DNA of 64,000 bases, taken from an uncultured Hydrocarboniphaga sp. (GTDB taxonomy: Bacteria; Pseudomonadota; Gammaproteobacteria; Nevskiales; Nevskiaceae). This document shows, one piece after another, positions 1-10,798 of the stretch. Each line of letters opens with the position of its first letter. The first letter of the stretch is position 1. Made by a program: the position numbers and the translations under genes. The stretch is from assembly GCA_964246995.1 (NCBI GenBank), contig CAXTSJ010000010.1:4171-68170 (forward strand), given 5' to 3'. The notes beneath the pieces were generated by a model. It saw only the letters and a list, made by a program, of their open reading frames with translations. It had not been told where the DNA came from and ran no database searches.

Positions 1-1167
1 GTGGTCAGTAGCGCTGGCCAGAACCTGCGCGTCGCCAACCCTGACGCCGGCAACACCTTCACCGACACCGGCCTGAGTTTCGGCACGTTTGGCGTCACCG
101 CCGCGGCCTATACCAACAGCCTGCCGACGGTGCCGGCGACCACGCAGCTGTTCGTGATCGACTCGGTCAAGGACCGGCTGTATCTGCAGGACCCGCCCAA
201 CAACGGCACGCTCAAGGATCGCGGTGCGCTGGGCGTGGATGTGGACGCGGTCAACGGCTTCGACATCGTCGGCGCCAGCGACGGCTATGCCGTGCTGACG
301 GTGGCCGGTGTCTCGGGCCTGTACCGGATCGACGTTACCTCTGCCTTCGCCGCGACGCGCGCCACGCTGATCGGCGCATTGGGCCTGAATGGCACAGTCC
401 GCGGCCTGGCGATTCCGATCGCCGCAGTCGCGCCGGCGGTGCCGACGCTGTTCGCACTGGCCAGGGTCGCCGGTGTCGACACGCTGGTGAGCTTCGCCGC
501 CAACGCGCCGGGAGCGGTGACGACCATCGCGACCGTCACCGGCCTGGGTGCGGGCGAGTCGCTGGTGGGCATGGACTTCCGCCCTGCCACCGGCGCGCTG
601 GTTGGCGTCGGTAGCACCGGGGTGCTCTACACCGTCGACACCACGACCGGCCTGGCGACGGCGGCGTCGACGATTTCGACACCCATCGCGGGCACCGCTT
701 TCGGGGTTGATTTCAACCCGGTCCCCGACCGTCTGCGCCTGGTGTCCGACACCGGCCAGAACCTGCGCATCAATGTCGCCACCGGCGCCGCCACCGTCGA
801 CACCGCGCTGTCGCGTCCGCCGCAGATCGCCGCGGCGGCGTACACCAACAGTTTCGCCGCCTCCACCGCGACGCAGCTGTTCGTGATCGACGCCAACAGC
901 GGTGGGCTGGCGCTGCAGGACCCGCCCAACAACGGTGTGCTGACCAGCATCAACAGCTTCGGCGTGAACATCACCGATGCCAATGCCATCGGCTTCGATA
1001 TCGCCGGCGGCGGCAATGGGTTTGCGCTCGCCGCGTTGGTCACCGATGGCGCCGCCCAGTCCAGCCTGTATCGCGTCGCGCTGGCGACCGGTCAGGCGAC
1101 GCTGGTCGGCCCGATCGGCGCTGCCGGTGCATCACCGCTCACCTCGCTGGCCATCCAGATCAAATAG
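1..1167 (+). CDS. DUF4394 domain-containing protein with tandem domains, probably 5' truncated by the window edge
   Basis: Motifs GMDFRPATG, FGVDFNPVPDRLR, AAAYTNS and LQDPPNNG; the last two occur twice. The ORF is open at position 1. Confidence 0.8.
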   Translation: MVSSAGQNLRVANPDAGNTFTDTGLSFGTFGVTAAAYTNSLPTVPATTQLFVIDSVKDRLYLQDPPNNGTLKDRGALGVDVDAVNGFDIVGASDGYAVLTVAGVSGLYRIDVTSAFAATRATLIGALGLNGTVRGLAIPIAAVAPAVPTLFALARVAGVDTLVSFAANAPGAVTTIATVTGLGAGESLVGMDFRPATGALVGVGSTGVLYTVDTTTGLATAASTISTPIAGTAFGVDFNPVPDRLRLVSDTGQNLRINVATGAATVDTALSRPPQIAAAAYTNSFAASTATQLFVIDANSGGLALQDPPNNGVLTSINSFGVNITDANAIGFDIAGGGNGFALAALVTDGAAQSSLYRVALATGQATLVGPIGAAGASPLTSLAIQIK

Positions 1168-1188
1168 TCGACGAGGTTTGCAGAACCG

Positions 1189-1217
1189 AGGCCGGCCCGC
1201 GAGGGCCGGCCTTTTTT
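1189..1217 (+). terminator. Rho-independent terminator
   Basis: AGGCCGGCCC-GCGA-GGGCCGGCCT hairpin followed by a T run, just after the stop at 1167. Confidence 0.85.
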
Positions 1218-1239
1218 GTGCGCGTGAGGATGTCGAGGC

Positions 1240-3903
1240 TTACGGCGCGTTGCTCGCGATCTTGAGCTTGTACAGCCAGTCCAGCGCCTCGCGCGGCGAC
1301 AGCGCGTCGGGGTCGATTGAACGCAGCATCGTCAACAGTTCTGACGACACAAGCTCGGGCTGGAACAGCGGCAGTTGCGGCGTCGGCGCCATCGTCGCGC
1401 CTGGGCTCGCCGGCGCGCGTTCCAGTTCCGCGAGATACGCACGCGCCTTGGCCACCACCGACTTGGGCAGGCCGGCTAGTGCCGCCACCTGCAGGCCATA
1501 ACTGCGATTCGCCGGCCCCGGTTTGACCTGGTGCAGGAACACCAGCCTGTGCGCCTCGCCGCCGAATTCCACCGCATCCAGATGCACATTGGCGACGCGC
1601 GCGATGCGCTCGGCCAGCGTGGTGAGTTCGAAGTAGTGCGTGGCGAACAGCGTGTACGCGCCAATGTGGGTCGCCAGATATTCCGCGCAGGCGCGCGCCA
1701 GCGACAGCCCGTCGTAGGTCGAGGTGCCGCGGCCGATCTCGTCCATCAGCACCAGGCTCGCGCGCGTGGCGTTGTGCAGGATGTTGGCGGTCTCGCTCAT
1801 CTCCACCATGAAGGTGGATTGCCCCGACGCCAGATCATCGGCCGCGCCGATGCGCGTGAAGATGCGATCGACCGGGCCGATGCACGCGCTGTCGGCCGGC
1901 ACATAGCAGCCGGCATGCGCGAGCAGCACGATCAGCGCGGTCTGGCGCATGTAGGTGGACTTGCCGCCCATGTTGGGGCCGGTGATCACCAGAAGGCGGC
2001 GCTCGGCGTCCATGCACAGATCGTTGGCGACGAAGGCCGAGCCGATCATGCGTTCGACCACCAGATGGCGGCCGCCGCGTATGTCGATGCGATCCTCGGC
2101 CACCAGCTCCGGCCGGCGCAGATTGAGCGCCTGCGCGCGCTCGGCGAGCGTGCCGAGCACGTCGAGATCCGCCAGCGCCTGCGCGGTGGCCCGCAGCGGC
2201 GCCAGCTGATCGGCGAGATGTTGAAGCAGCCCGTCGTAGAGTTGTTTTTCACGCGCCAGCGCACGATCGCGCGCGGACAGCACCTGGTCCTCGTAACGCT
2301 TGAGTTCCTCCGTGATGTAGCGCTCGTAGTGCGTGAGCGTCTGCCGCCGCGTGTAGTGCGCAGGGATCCTGGCCGCATGCGTCTTGCCGATCTCGATATA
2401 GAAACCGTGGACGCGGTTGTAGCCGACCTTGAGCGCGTCGATGCCGGTGGAGGCGCGCTCGCGCGCCTCCATCTCCATCAGGAAACCGTCGGCGTTTTCC
2501 GACAGCGCGCGCAGCTGATCGAGGTCCGCATCGAAGCCGTTCTTGAACACGCCACCGTCGCGCACCGATAGCGATGGCTGCTCGTGGATGGCGCGCGCGA
2601 GTTCGTCTGCCAGCACCGGGTGCGGGCCAAGCGCGGTGCTCAGGCCGGTGAGCAGCGGCGCCTCGAACGGCTGCGTCAGCGCCATCAGCGCGGGCAGCAG
2701 AACCAGCGTGTCGCGCAGGCCGGCCAGATCGCGCGGACGCGCCGAGCGCAGGGCGCAGCGCGCGAGAATGCGTTCCAGGTCGGCGACATTGCGCAGCGTC
2801 TCGCGCATGTCGCTCAGGCGGGCGCGGTCGCGTTCGTGGTCGAGCAGGTTGGCAATGGCATCGAAGCGCGCATTGAGTTCATCGCGGTCGCGCAGTGGGC
2901 GCAGCAGCCAGCGCGTCAACGCGCGGCTGCCCATGGCGGTGATGCAGGTGTCGAGCCCATGCAGCAGGCTGTTCTCGACGGCTCCCGCGAGCGTGCGGTC
3001 GATCTCCAGATTGCGGCGCGTAGCGGGGTCGAGAATCAGCGTCTCTTCCGGTTGCTCCAGGCGCAGCCCGGTGAGATGCGGCGTCAGACCTTTTTGTGTC
3101 TCCTGCACGTATTGCAGCAGGGCACCGGCGGCGGCAATGGCGGCGACGCGATCCTCGCAGCCGAAGCCGCGCAGGTTCTGCGTGCCGAACTGGGCGATGA
3201 GCAGCCGATACGCCGACGCCGTGTCGAAATGCCATACCGGCCGCGTGCGCACGGCCAGGCCCGAATCCGCCAGCGAATCATCGCCGTCGGCGACCAGCAG
3301 TTCGCTCGGACGCAGGCGATGCACCTCGGCGCGCAGGTCCGCGGCGCTGTGCGTCTCCAGCACGCTGAAGCGTCCGGAGGACAATTCCAACCAGGCGCAG
3401 CCATGGCGATCCAGCACCCGGCACACGGCGACGAGCAGGGTCTGCGTGCGCGCATCGAGCAGGCTGTCGTCGGTGGCGGTGCCCGGCGTCACGATGCGCA
3501 CCACCTCGCGCCGCATCGGCCCCTTGTCCGTGCCGGCGCGCACAACAGACGACGATCCGCCATGGTCGCCGGCGCCAACTCCTGCGCCGGCCTCGCCGAT
3601 CTGCTCGGCGATCACCGCCGACTCGCCGCAGCGGATCAGCCGCGCGAGGTACTGCTCCATCGCGTGCACTGGAACGCCGGCCATCACCACCGGCGCGCCG
3701 GCGGATTCGCCGCGCCGGGTCAGGGTGATGTTGAGCAGGCGCGCCGCCTTGCGCGCGTCGTCGTAGAACAGCTCGTAGAAATCGCCCATCCGAAACAGCA
3801 GCAAGGTGTCCGGATGCTGGGCCTTGATCGCGAGGTACTGCTGCATCAGCGGCGTGTGCGCCGAAAGTGCCGATGCCTGCGGTTTTTCTTCGGAAGATTT
3901 CAA
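1240..3903 (-). CDS. mutS: DNA mismatch repair protein MutS
   Basis: [18 protein letters not shown], Walker [29 protein letters not shown]. The ORF extends to 4089; TTG at 3903 is my start estimate. Confidence 0.97.
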   Translation of the reverse strand: MKSSEEKPQASALSAHTPLMQQYLAIKAQHPDTLLLFRMGDFYELFYDDARKAARLLNITLTRRGESAGAPVVMAGVPVHAMEQYLARLIRCGESAVIAEQIGEAGAGVGAGDHGGSSSVVRAGTDKGPMRREVVRIVTPGTATDDSLLDARTQTLLVAVCRVLDRHGCAWLELSSGRFSVLETHSAADLRAEVHRLRPSELLVADGDDSLADSGLAVRTRPVWHFDTASAYRLLIAQFGTQNLRGFGCEDRVAAIAAAGALLQYVQETQKGLTPHLTGLRLEQPEETLILDPATRRNLEIDRTLAGAVENSLLHGLDTCITAMGSRALTRWLLRPLRDRDELNARFDAIANLLDHERDRARLSDMRETLRNVADLERILARCALRSARPRDLAGLRDTLVLLPALMALTQPFEAPLLTGLSTALGPHPVLADELARAIHEQPSLSVRDGGVFKNGFDADLDQLRALSENADGFLMEMEARERASTGIDALKVGYNRVHGFYIEIGKTHAARIPAHYTRRQTLTHYERYITEELKRYEDQVLSARDRALAREKQLYDGLLQHLADQLAPLRATAQALADLDVLGTLAERAQALNLRRPELVAEDRIDIRGGRHLVVERMIGSAFVANDLCMDAERRLLVITGPNMGGKSTYMRQTALIVLLAHAGCYVPADSACIGPVDRIFTRIGAADDLASGQSTFMVEMSETANILHNATRASLVLMDEIGRGTSTYDGLSLARACAEYLATHIGAYTLFATHYFELTTLAERIARVANVHLDAVEFGGEAHRLVFLHQVKPGPANRSYGLQVAALAGLPKSVVAKARAYLAELERAPASPGATMAPTPQLPLFQPELVSSELLTMLRSIDPDALSPREALDWLYKLKIASNAP

Positions 3904-4163
3904 GCTCTGGCTTTTGGTTGCCGCAACGATAGGGCCCGCGTCTTGCAAGCGAAAAAGAAAAAGAATCCGCATCGGAGTGTTCCGCTGCAAGATCGCGCTA
4001 TGGTGAGTGGCGGTACCCGCAATGACATAGGCGATTATCGCCGACACGTGCTGCAACCGCAGGGACGGTTGAAGGCTCGGGGCTCTCAATATTGGATGCT
4101 ATGGGACAAGGATCAGTTGGGTTGACCATCGACAACACGGACCAGCAGGGCCTGCGGCGGGCG

Positions 4164-5033
4164 ATGCTCACCGCGTTTCTGCGCCCTGGCGTACAGCTCA
4201 TGGACGAACAAGGCCTGCCGGCCTGGCCGTTCGCCCGCAACACGCCGGGACTGCGCGCCAATGCGCACTACTTCAGCCATCCGCGCTGGATGGCGGACTG
4301 GATCGAGCAGGTCCATCGCTATCCTGAATTGCGCGAACGCTGGATCGCCGCCGCCGGAGACTGGACCGGCAAGATCGTCGTCGACATCGGCTGCGGGCCC
4401 GGCAATCTGTTCGCCAGCTTGGGCGGAACGCCAACGATGCTGATCGGGGTCGACGTCGCCGCCGGCAGCCTGCGCATCGCCGAGAGCCGCGGCTACTGCC
4501 CGCTGCTGGCCGACGCCCACGACGTGCCGCTGGATTCCGGCATCGCCGACCTGGTGGCGATCAACGGCTCGCTGCATCACTGCGACGACATGGACGTGGT
4601 CCTGCGCGAGGCGGCACGCATCGTCAAGCCCGGCGGGCTGCTGGTGGTGGATCACGACCCGCAGCGCAGCGCCTACGATCTGCGCGGCGTCGGACGGCTG
4701 CTGTGGAAGTTGCGGCTGCCGATCTACCGCTGGATGAAGAAAGGTGGGCATTCGCCGATCGACGACGAGCAGACCTGGGCGCTGGCCACTGAAATCCATC
4801 ACCAGCTCGGCGACGGCGTCACCGCCGAGCTGTTCTGCGACACGCTGCAGCCGCTGGGCTTCGACGTCCGGCTGGTGCCGCACAATCATCAGGTCGGCGC
4901 CGAGGTGCTGAACGGCGCGATGGGCCGGGCACCTTTGCCCATCCGCATTGCCCAACGGCTGTCCGGCCGGTCACCGCAGTCTGTGGACGCGGCGCTGACC
5001 ATCATGTGCGTGGCGAGGAAATCGGGGCTGTAG
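4164..5033 (+). CDS. Class I SAM-dependent methyltransferase
   Basis: VVDIGCGPG motif I, LIGVD, SLHH, RIVKPGG. The ORF could start at 4092. Confidence 0.85.
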   Translation: MLTAFLRPGVQLMDEQGLPAWPFARNTPGLRANAHYFSHPRWMADWIEQVHRYPELRERWIAAAGDWTGKIVVDIGCGPGNLFASLGGTPTMLIGVDVAAGSLRIAESRGYCPLLADAHDVPLDSGIADLVAINGSLHHCDDMDVVLREAARIVKPGGLLVVDHDPQRSAYDLRGVGRLLWKLRLPIYRWMKKGGHSPIDDEQTWALATEIHHQLGDGVTAELFCDTLQPLGFDVRLVPHNHQVGAEVLNGAMGRAPLPIRIAQRLSGRSPQSVDAALTIMCVARKSGL

Positions 5034-5103
5034 CGTTCTGGTCGACTCGTGGCGTTTACAGTGGGCGTGTGCCGGACCGGTCACGCGAACATTGGAGAAG
5101 CCC

Positions 5104-8100
5104 ATGAACGACGCCCAAGCAGCGGCCGTCAAACCCGCCGAATCTTGCAACGAGCAAGAGGTTCTGCTGGCGCAGCTGGAGGCGCGCAGCCAGTCGCGTC
5201 CGGACTTCATGCAGCGGCCGCAGACCGCTGGCTTCATCCGCGCCTACTACGACACCGCCTCGATCGACACGCTGCGCCTGCGCAGCGCCGACGCGCTGAT
5301 CGACCAGGCGCTCGGACAATGGCAGTGGGCGCGGGCGCGCCGGCCCGGCGAGCTGCGCCTGCGCGTGTTGCGGCCGGGGCAGGTGGCATACGTGCCGCCA
5401 TTGCTGGCGATGGTGGAGACCTGTGTCGACGACATGCCGTACCTGGTCGACACCATCACCATGGCGGTGCGCGAGGCCGGCGTTTCGATCGACTGGGCGG
5501 CGCACCCGGTCCTGGCGCTGCGCCGCGACGCCGCCGGCGGTCTGGTCGGCCTCGACGGCGCGCAAGCGCAGCGCGAGTCGTGGATCCACATGCAGTTCGA
5601 GCCGCTGGCTAGCGATGCGGCCTACGCGGCGCTCGAGCGGGCGCTCGCCGCGGCGCTGGCCGACCTGCGCCGCTCCATCGACGACATGCCTTCGATGCGC
5701 CAGCGCGCGCTGGTTCTGGCGGATCGACTGCAGCGAGTCCCCGCCGGCGCCGATGCCGCCGAGTTCAACGAAGGCCGCGAGTTTCTGGTGTGGCTCACCG
5801 ACCGCCACTTCACGTTTCTCGGCTACGCCGAAACCCGCGTGGCGGTGGGCGAGGACGGCCGTGCGCAGCTGCTGTCGATCGACGAGCTGGCGCTGGGCCT
5901 GTCGCGCCCCGGCGAGCGCTATGCCGACACCGCCGAGCTGATCGCGCCCAAACAGGAGCTCGACAAGTACGCTGAATCGCCGCGCCTGGTGGTCATCACC
6001 AAGGCCAACCGCCGCGCCTCGGTGCATCTGCCGGAGTACATGGACGTGATCGCGGTCAAGCGCTATCGCGACGATGGCGGTCTCGCCGGCACCTGCCGCT
6101 TCATCGGCCTGTTCGCCTCCGACGTCTATGTCGACCGGCCGCGCACCATTCCGCTGCTGCGGCGCAAGGCCGACTATGTGATGCAGCGTTCGCGCATCAA
6201 TGAGGAGTCGCACAGCGGCAAGCGCATGCGCGAGATCCTGCATCTGCTGCCGCGCGACGAGCTGTTCCAGTCGAGCGAAGCCGAGCTGTACGAGACGGTG
6301 ATGGGCATTCGCGCGCTGCGCGATCGCCACCAGCTAAAGCTGTTCCTGCGCCGCGATCGTTATGGCCGCTTCTATTCCTGCATGGTCTACCTGTCGCGCG
6401 ACCGCTATTCGCGCGAGCTGCGTGACAAGCTCGGCGTCGAGCTGCTGAAAATTTTCGGGGGGCTGTCGGTGGATCGCCAGGTCGATTCCCTGCGCGGTTC
6501 GCTGGCGCGCGTGCGCTTCGTGGTGCGCACGCCGCCTGGCACGCAGATCGATCTCACCGCCGCGCAGATCGAGCAGCGACTGATCGCGGCCACGCGCTCC
6601 TGGCGCGAAGCGCTGCGCGAGCTGCTGGCGCGTACCGCCGCCGACAGTCCGGAGCTGTTGTCGCGCTACGCCGAAGCGTTCCCCCTGTCGTACACCGAGG
6701 ACGTGTCGCCGGAAGACGCCGAGGCCGATCTCGCCTATTTGCTGCGACTGTCGGAGACGCAGCCCCTGCTGCCGCGGCTGATCATCGATGACGCCCTAGC
6801 GGACGCCGCGGCGGCGCCGCGCATCGGCCGCCTCAAGCTCTACGCACGCGACACGCCCGTGGCCCTGTCCGATGTGTTGCCGACGCTGGAGAACTTCGGC
6901 CTGCGCGTGATCCGCCAGGACCCGACCGAGATCAAACCCAAGGACGCGCCGTCGCTCTGGGTGCAGGAGTTCCAGGTGCAAGTGCCGACATCGCCCGGAT
7001 CGGACGCGGCGTTGAAGGCGAGCTTTGAAACCGCGCTGCTCAAGACTTTCACCGGCGAGACCGAGAACGATCGTCTCAACACCCTGGTGCTCGCCGCCGG
7101 GCTGGACTATCGGCAAGTCGCCTGCGTGCGTGCGCTGGCCAAGTACATCAACCAGGTCGGCCTGCCGTTCGGCCGCGCCGACATCGAGCAGCTGCTCGGC
7201 GCGCACGCCGACATCGCGCGGCTGCTGGTGCAACTGTTCCAATCGCGCTTCGATCCGGCCCTGAGCGCAGAACAGCGCAAGCCCGACGAGATGCGGTACG
7301 CGCAGCAACTCGATGTGGCGCTGGATGCGGTCACCAGCCTCGACGCCGACCGGGTGCTACGCACGTTTCTGTCGGTGGTCCAGGCCAGCCTGCGCACCAA
7401 CTTCTATCAGCCGGCGGCGGATGGATCGGAGAAGCCCCAACACAAGCGGTGGATCAGCATCAAGCTCGATCCGTCGAAGATTCCGGAACTGCCTTACCCG
7501 CGCCCGATGTTCGAGATCTGGGTGTATTCGCCCGAGGTCGAAGGCGTGCATCTGCGCGGTGGCAAGGTGGCGCGCGGCGGTCTGCGCTGGAGCGACCGAC
7601 GCGAGGATTTTCGCACCGAGGTACTGGGCCTGATGAAGGCGCAGATGGTGAAGAACGCGGTGATCGTGCCGGTGGGCGCCAAAGGCGGCTTCGTCGTCAA
7701 GAAGCCGGTGGACGCGAGCCATCGTGAAGCCTGGATGGCGCAGGGCATTGAGTGCTACAAGACGTTCCTGCGCGGCCTGCTCGACATCACCGACAACAGG
7801 ATCGGCGATGCGATCGAAGCGCCGCGCGACGTGCTGCGCCTGGACGCCGACGATCCCTACCTGGTGGTCGCCGCCGACAAAGGCACGGCCACGTTCTCCG
7901 ACATCGCCAACGGCATCGCCGCCGACTACGGCTTCTGGCTCGGCGACGCGTTCGCCTCGGGCGGCAGCGTCGGCTACGACCACAAGAAAATGGGCATCAC
8001 CGCCAAGGGCGCATGGGAGAGCGTCAAGCGCCACTTCCGCGAGATGGAGCCGACGCTCGATATCCAGACGCAGAGCTTCACCGCAATCGGCATCGGCGAT

Positions 8101-10002
8101 ATGTCAGGCGATGTGTTCGGCAACGGCCTGTTGCTGTCGCGGCAGACGAAGCTGATCGCGGCTTTCGATCATCGTCACATCTTCATCGATCCCGCACCCG
8201 ACGCGGCGCGCAGTTTTGAAGAACGCCAACGCCTGTTCGCGCTGCCGCGCAGCTCCTGGGCGGACTACGACGCGAGACTGATCTCCGAAGGCGGCGGCGT
8301 GTATCCGCGCAGCGTCAAGCTCATCAAGCTTTCCGCGCAAGCGCAGCAGGCCCTCGGCGTCGAGACCGCGGCGCTGACGCCGCCGGAGCTGATCAAGGCC
8401 GTGCTCAAGGCGCCGGTCGATCTGTTCTGGAACGGCGGCATCGGCACCTATGTCAAGGCCCAGCATCAAAGCCATGTCGACGTGCGCGACCGCGCCAACG
8501 ATGCGATCCGCATCGACGGCCGCGACTTGCGCGCGCAGGTGGTGGGCGAGGGCGGCAACCTCGGCTTTACCCAAGCAGGGCGCATCGAATATGCGATTGC
8601 CGGCGGTCCAAGGACCGCCGGGGCATTGACCGGCGGCCGCATCAACACCGACGCCATCGACAACAGCGGCGGCGTGCACTGCTCGGATCGCGAGGTCAAC
8701 ATCAAGATCCCGCTGAACCGCCTGATGGCCGAGCATCGGTTGACGCGCGAAGAGCGCGACCCGTTGCTGGCACGCCTGACCGACGATGTCGCGCGCTTCG
8801 TGCTGCGCGACAACTACGTGCAGTCCGCCTGCATCAGCCTGATGGAGCGCGAAGCCTCGCTGCGCCTGGACGAGCATGCCGCGCTGATGCGTCTGCTGGA
8901 ACGCGACGGCTTGCTCAACCGCGCGATTGAAGTGTTGCCGGACGAGGAGACGCTCAAGGAGCGGCGCGGCGAAGGCCGCGGCCTGACGCGGCCGGAGCTC
9001 GCGGTGCTGGTGGCTTACTCGAAAATCTCGCTCAACGAGGCGGCGCTGCAATCCGATCTGCCGGACGACGCCTTCTTCGAACACGAGCTGCTCGATAATT
9101 TTCCGCCGCTGCTGGTGGCGCAGGATCGCGATGCGCTGATCCACCACCGGCTGCGGCGGGAAATCATCGCCACGCTCGTCTCCAACGCGCTGATCAACCG
9201 CATGGGCGTGGCCTTCGCGCATCGCCTGGCGGCCGACCACGGCGTGCCGCGCGCCGAGGTGCTCAAGGCTTACAGCGTGGCGCACGAGATTTTCCATTGC
9301 GACGGCTACTGGCGCGCGATCGAGGCGCTGGACAATCAAGTCCCGGCCGCTCTGCAATACCGCCAGATGCAGCGCGTCGCCGGCCTGCTCAAACACGCGA
9401 CCGGCTCGATCGTCGGGCGCCGGCTGGTCGAACGGCCACGCGTCGGTGACCTGGTGTCGCGCTACCGCGAGCCGGTGGCGCTGCTCGAAGCCGCGCTCCC
9501 GGAACCCTTGTCGCCGGTGTATCGCGAGGAGTGGGATCGCAGCGTCTCCGCTGCTACGGCCGATGCCTTGCCCGAGCCACTGGCGCGCAGTCTTGCCAAC
9601 ACCCGGGTGCTCGGCACCGCCATGGACATCGCCGATCTCGCGGCCGAATCCGGGCTGCCGTTGATCGAAACCGCAGCGGTGTATTTCCACGCGGGCGAGC
9701 GTCTGCGCATGCCCTGGCTGCACGCGGCGATCCTCGCGCTGAAGGTGCGCGACTCCTGGCAGGCGCTGGCGCGCAACAACCTGCGCGACGACGCCTATCG
9801 CATCCACCGCCGCGTCACCGAGCGCGTGCTCCTCAAAGCGGGCGACACGCCCCAGGCGCGTGTCGATGCGTGGATCGCCGCCAACGAACGCGCGGTGCGT
9901 TTCGCGACCAACCGGCTGGCGGAGTTGCAGGCGGCGGCCACTGTGGACTTTCAGGCGCTGGCAGTAGCGGTGCGGGAACTTCGCAAGCTGCGATCGCTAT
10001 AG
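5104..10002 (+). CDS. gdhB: Large NAD-specific glutamate dehydrogenase
   Basis: About 1630 aa; VARGGLRWSDR, KAQMVKNAVIVPVGAKGGF, VVAADKGTATFSD, GIGDMSGDVFGNG; GGAG upstream of ATG 5104. Confidence 0.96.
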   Translation: MNDAQAAAVKPAESCNEQEVLLAQLEARSQSRPDFMQRPQTAGFIRAYYDTASIDTLRLRSADALIDQALGQWQWARARRPGELRLRVLRPGQVAYVPPLLAMVETCVDDMPYLVDTITMAVREAGVSIDWAAHPVLALRRDAAGGLVGLDGAQAQRESWIHMQFEPLASDAAYAALERALAAALADLRRSIDDMPSMRQRALVLADRLQRVPAGADAAEFNEGREFLVWLTDRHFTFLGYAETRVAVGEDGRAQLLSIDELALGLSRPGERYADTAELIAPKQELDKYAESPRLVVITKANRRASVHLPEYMDVIAVKRYRDDGGLAGTCRFIGLFASDVYVDRPRTIPLLRRKADYVMQRSRINEESHSGKRMREILHLLPRDELFQSSEAELYETVMGIRALRDRHQLKLFLRRDRYGRFYSCMVYLSRDRYSRELRDKLGVELLKIFGGLSVDRQVDSLRGSLARVRFVVRTPPGTQIDLTAAQIEQRLIAATRSWREALRELLARTAADSPELLSRYAEAFPLSYTEDVSPEDAEADLAYLLRLSETQPLLPRLIIDDALADAAAAPRIGRLKLYARDTPVALSDVLPTLENFGLRVIRQDPTEIKPKDAPSLWVQEFQVQVPTSPGSDAALKASFETALLKTFTGETENDRLNTLVLAAGLDYRQVACVRALAKYINQVGLPFGRADIEQLLGAHADIARLLVQLFQSRFDPALSAEQRKPDEMRYAQQLDVALDAVTSLDADRVLRTFLSVVQASLRTNFYQPAADGSEKPQHKRWISIKLDPSKIPELPYPRPMFEIWVYSPEVEGVHLRGGKVARGGLRWSDRREDFRTEVLGLMKAQMVKNAVIVPVGAKGGFVVKKPVDASHREAWMAQGIECYKTFLRGLLDITDNRIGDAIEAPRDVLRLDADDPYLVVAADKGTATFSDIANGIAADYGFWLGDAFASGGSVGYDHKKMGITAKGAWESVKRHFREMEPTLDIQTQSFTAIGIGDMSGDVFGNGLLLSRQTKLIAAFDHRHIFIDPAPDAARSFEERQRLFALPRSSWADYDARLISEGGGVYPRSVKLIKLSAQAQQALGVETAALTPPELIKAVLKAPVDLFWNGGIGTYVKAQHQSHVDVRDRANDAIRIDGRDLRAQVVGEGGNLGFTQAGRIEYAIAGGPRTAGALTGGRINTDAIDNSGGVHCSDREVNIKIPLNRLMAEHRLTREERDPLLARLTDDVARFVLRDNYVQSACISLMEREASLRLDEHAALMRLLERDGLLNRAIEVLPDEETLKERRGEGRGLTRPELAVLVAYSKISLNEAALQSDLPDDAFFEHELLDNFPPLLVAQDRDALIHHRLRREIIATLVSNALINRMGVAFAHRLAADHGVPRAEVLKAYSVAHEIFHCDGYWRAIEALDNQVPAALQYRQMQRVAGLLKHATGSIVGRRLVERPRVGDLVSRYREPVALLEAALPEPLSPVYREEWDRSVSAATADALPEPLARSLANTRVLGTAMDIADLAAESGLPLIETAAVYFHAGERLRMPWLHAAILALKVRDSWQALARNNLRDDAYRIHRRVTERVLLKAGDTPQARVDAWIAANERAVRFATNRLAELQAAATVDFQALAVAVRELRKLRSL

Positions 10003-10012
10003 CGTCAAAGAC

Positions 10013-10795
10013 TTATCCAGCCGGCCCCGGCAACACATAAAACAGCACGCAGAAAAAGTGGAACAGGCTGCCGGTCAGCACGAAGCCGTGCCAGATGGCG
10101 TGGTGATAGCGCAACCGGTGCCAGACATAGAAGATGGTGCCGAGGCTGTAGGCCAGCCCGCCAGCGGCGAGCAGCCACAGGCCGGGGTTGTCGATCAGAT
10201 GGATCAGTGGTCTGGCGACGACGATGCCGCACCAGCCCATCAACAGATACACCGCCAGCGACAGATATTCGAAGCGGCCCGTGGTGAAGATCTTGAAGAT
10301 GATGCCGACGGTCGCCAGCCCCCAGGTGAAGCCGAACAGCGGCCAGCCCCAGGGCGTGTCGTGCAGCGTGATCAGCGTGAACGGCGTGTAGGTGCCGGCG
10401 ATCAGGACATAGATGCAACAGTGGTCGATGATGCGAAACACATGCTTGGTGCGCGGCATCGGCAGGCTGTGGAACAGGGTGCTGGCGGCGTACATCAGGA
10501 TCAGCGCCGCGCCGAAGATGCTGCTGGCGACGATGTGGCGGGTGTCGCCGTACAGCGCCGAGCGGGTGACCAGAATGCACAGCCCGGCGATGGCGAGCAG
10601 TGTGCCAAAGCCGTGGCTCAGACCGTGCGCGAGTTCCTCGCCGACACTGTAGAAATTGGACCGCGCCTGCGCAACCAGGAGCCTGGCGCGCTCGACGCCG
10701 GCGTCGGTGTCGTCCGGTTCTTTCGTTTCACCGCTGATCAGTGTTCTCCAATGGCCGGCTGTCGTTTGAGACCCTAGGGTCGCACCGCGCCGCAT
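10013..10795 (-). CDS. Hemolysin III / PAQR family membrane protein (TrhA/YqfA-like)
   Basis: EELAHGLSH, STLFHS, DHCCIYVLIAGTYTP, HAIWHGFV; several hydrophobic helices; start uncertain (10846, 10795 or CTG 10741). Confidence 0.92.
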   Translation of the reverse strand: MRRGATLGSQTTAGHWRTLISGETKEPDDTDAGVERARLLVAQARSNFYSVGEELAHGLSHGFGTLLAIAGLCILVTRSALYGDTRHIVASSIFGAALILMYAASTLFHSLPMPRTKHVFRIIDHCCIYVLIAGTYTPFTLITLHDTPWGWPLFGFTWGLATVGIIFKIFTTGRFEYLSLAVYLLMGWCGIVVARPLIHLIDNPGLWLLAAGGLAYSLGTIFYVWHRLRYHHAIWHGFVLTGSLFHFFCVLFYVLPGPAG

Positions 10796-10798
10796 CGA

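Noticed and set aside
3941-4043. Short dyads TCTTGCA/TGCAAGA and GGCGAT-T-ATCGCC between mutS and the methyltransferase
   Set aside because: They are too short to separate from chance, and no cognate regulator is nearby.
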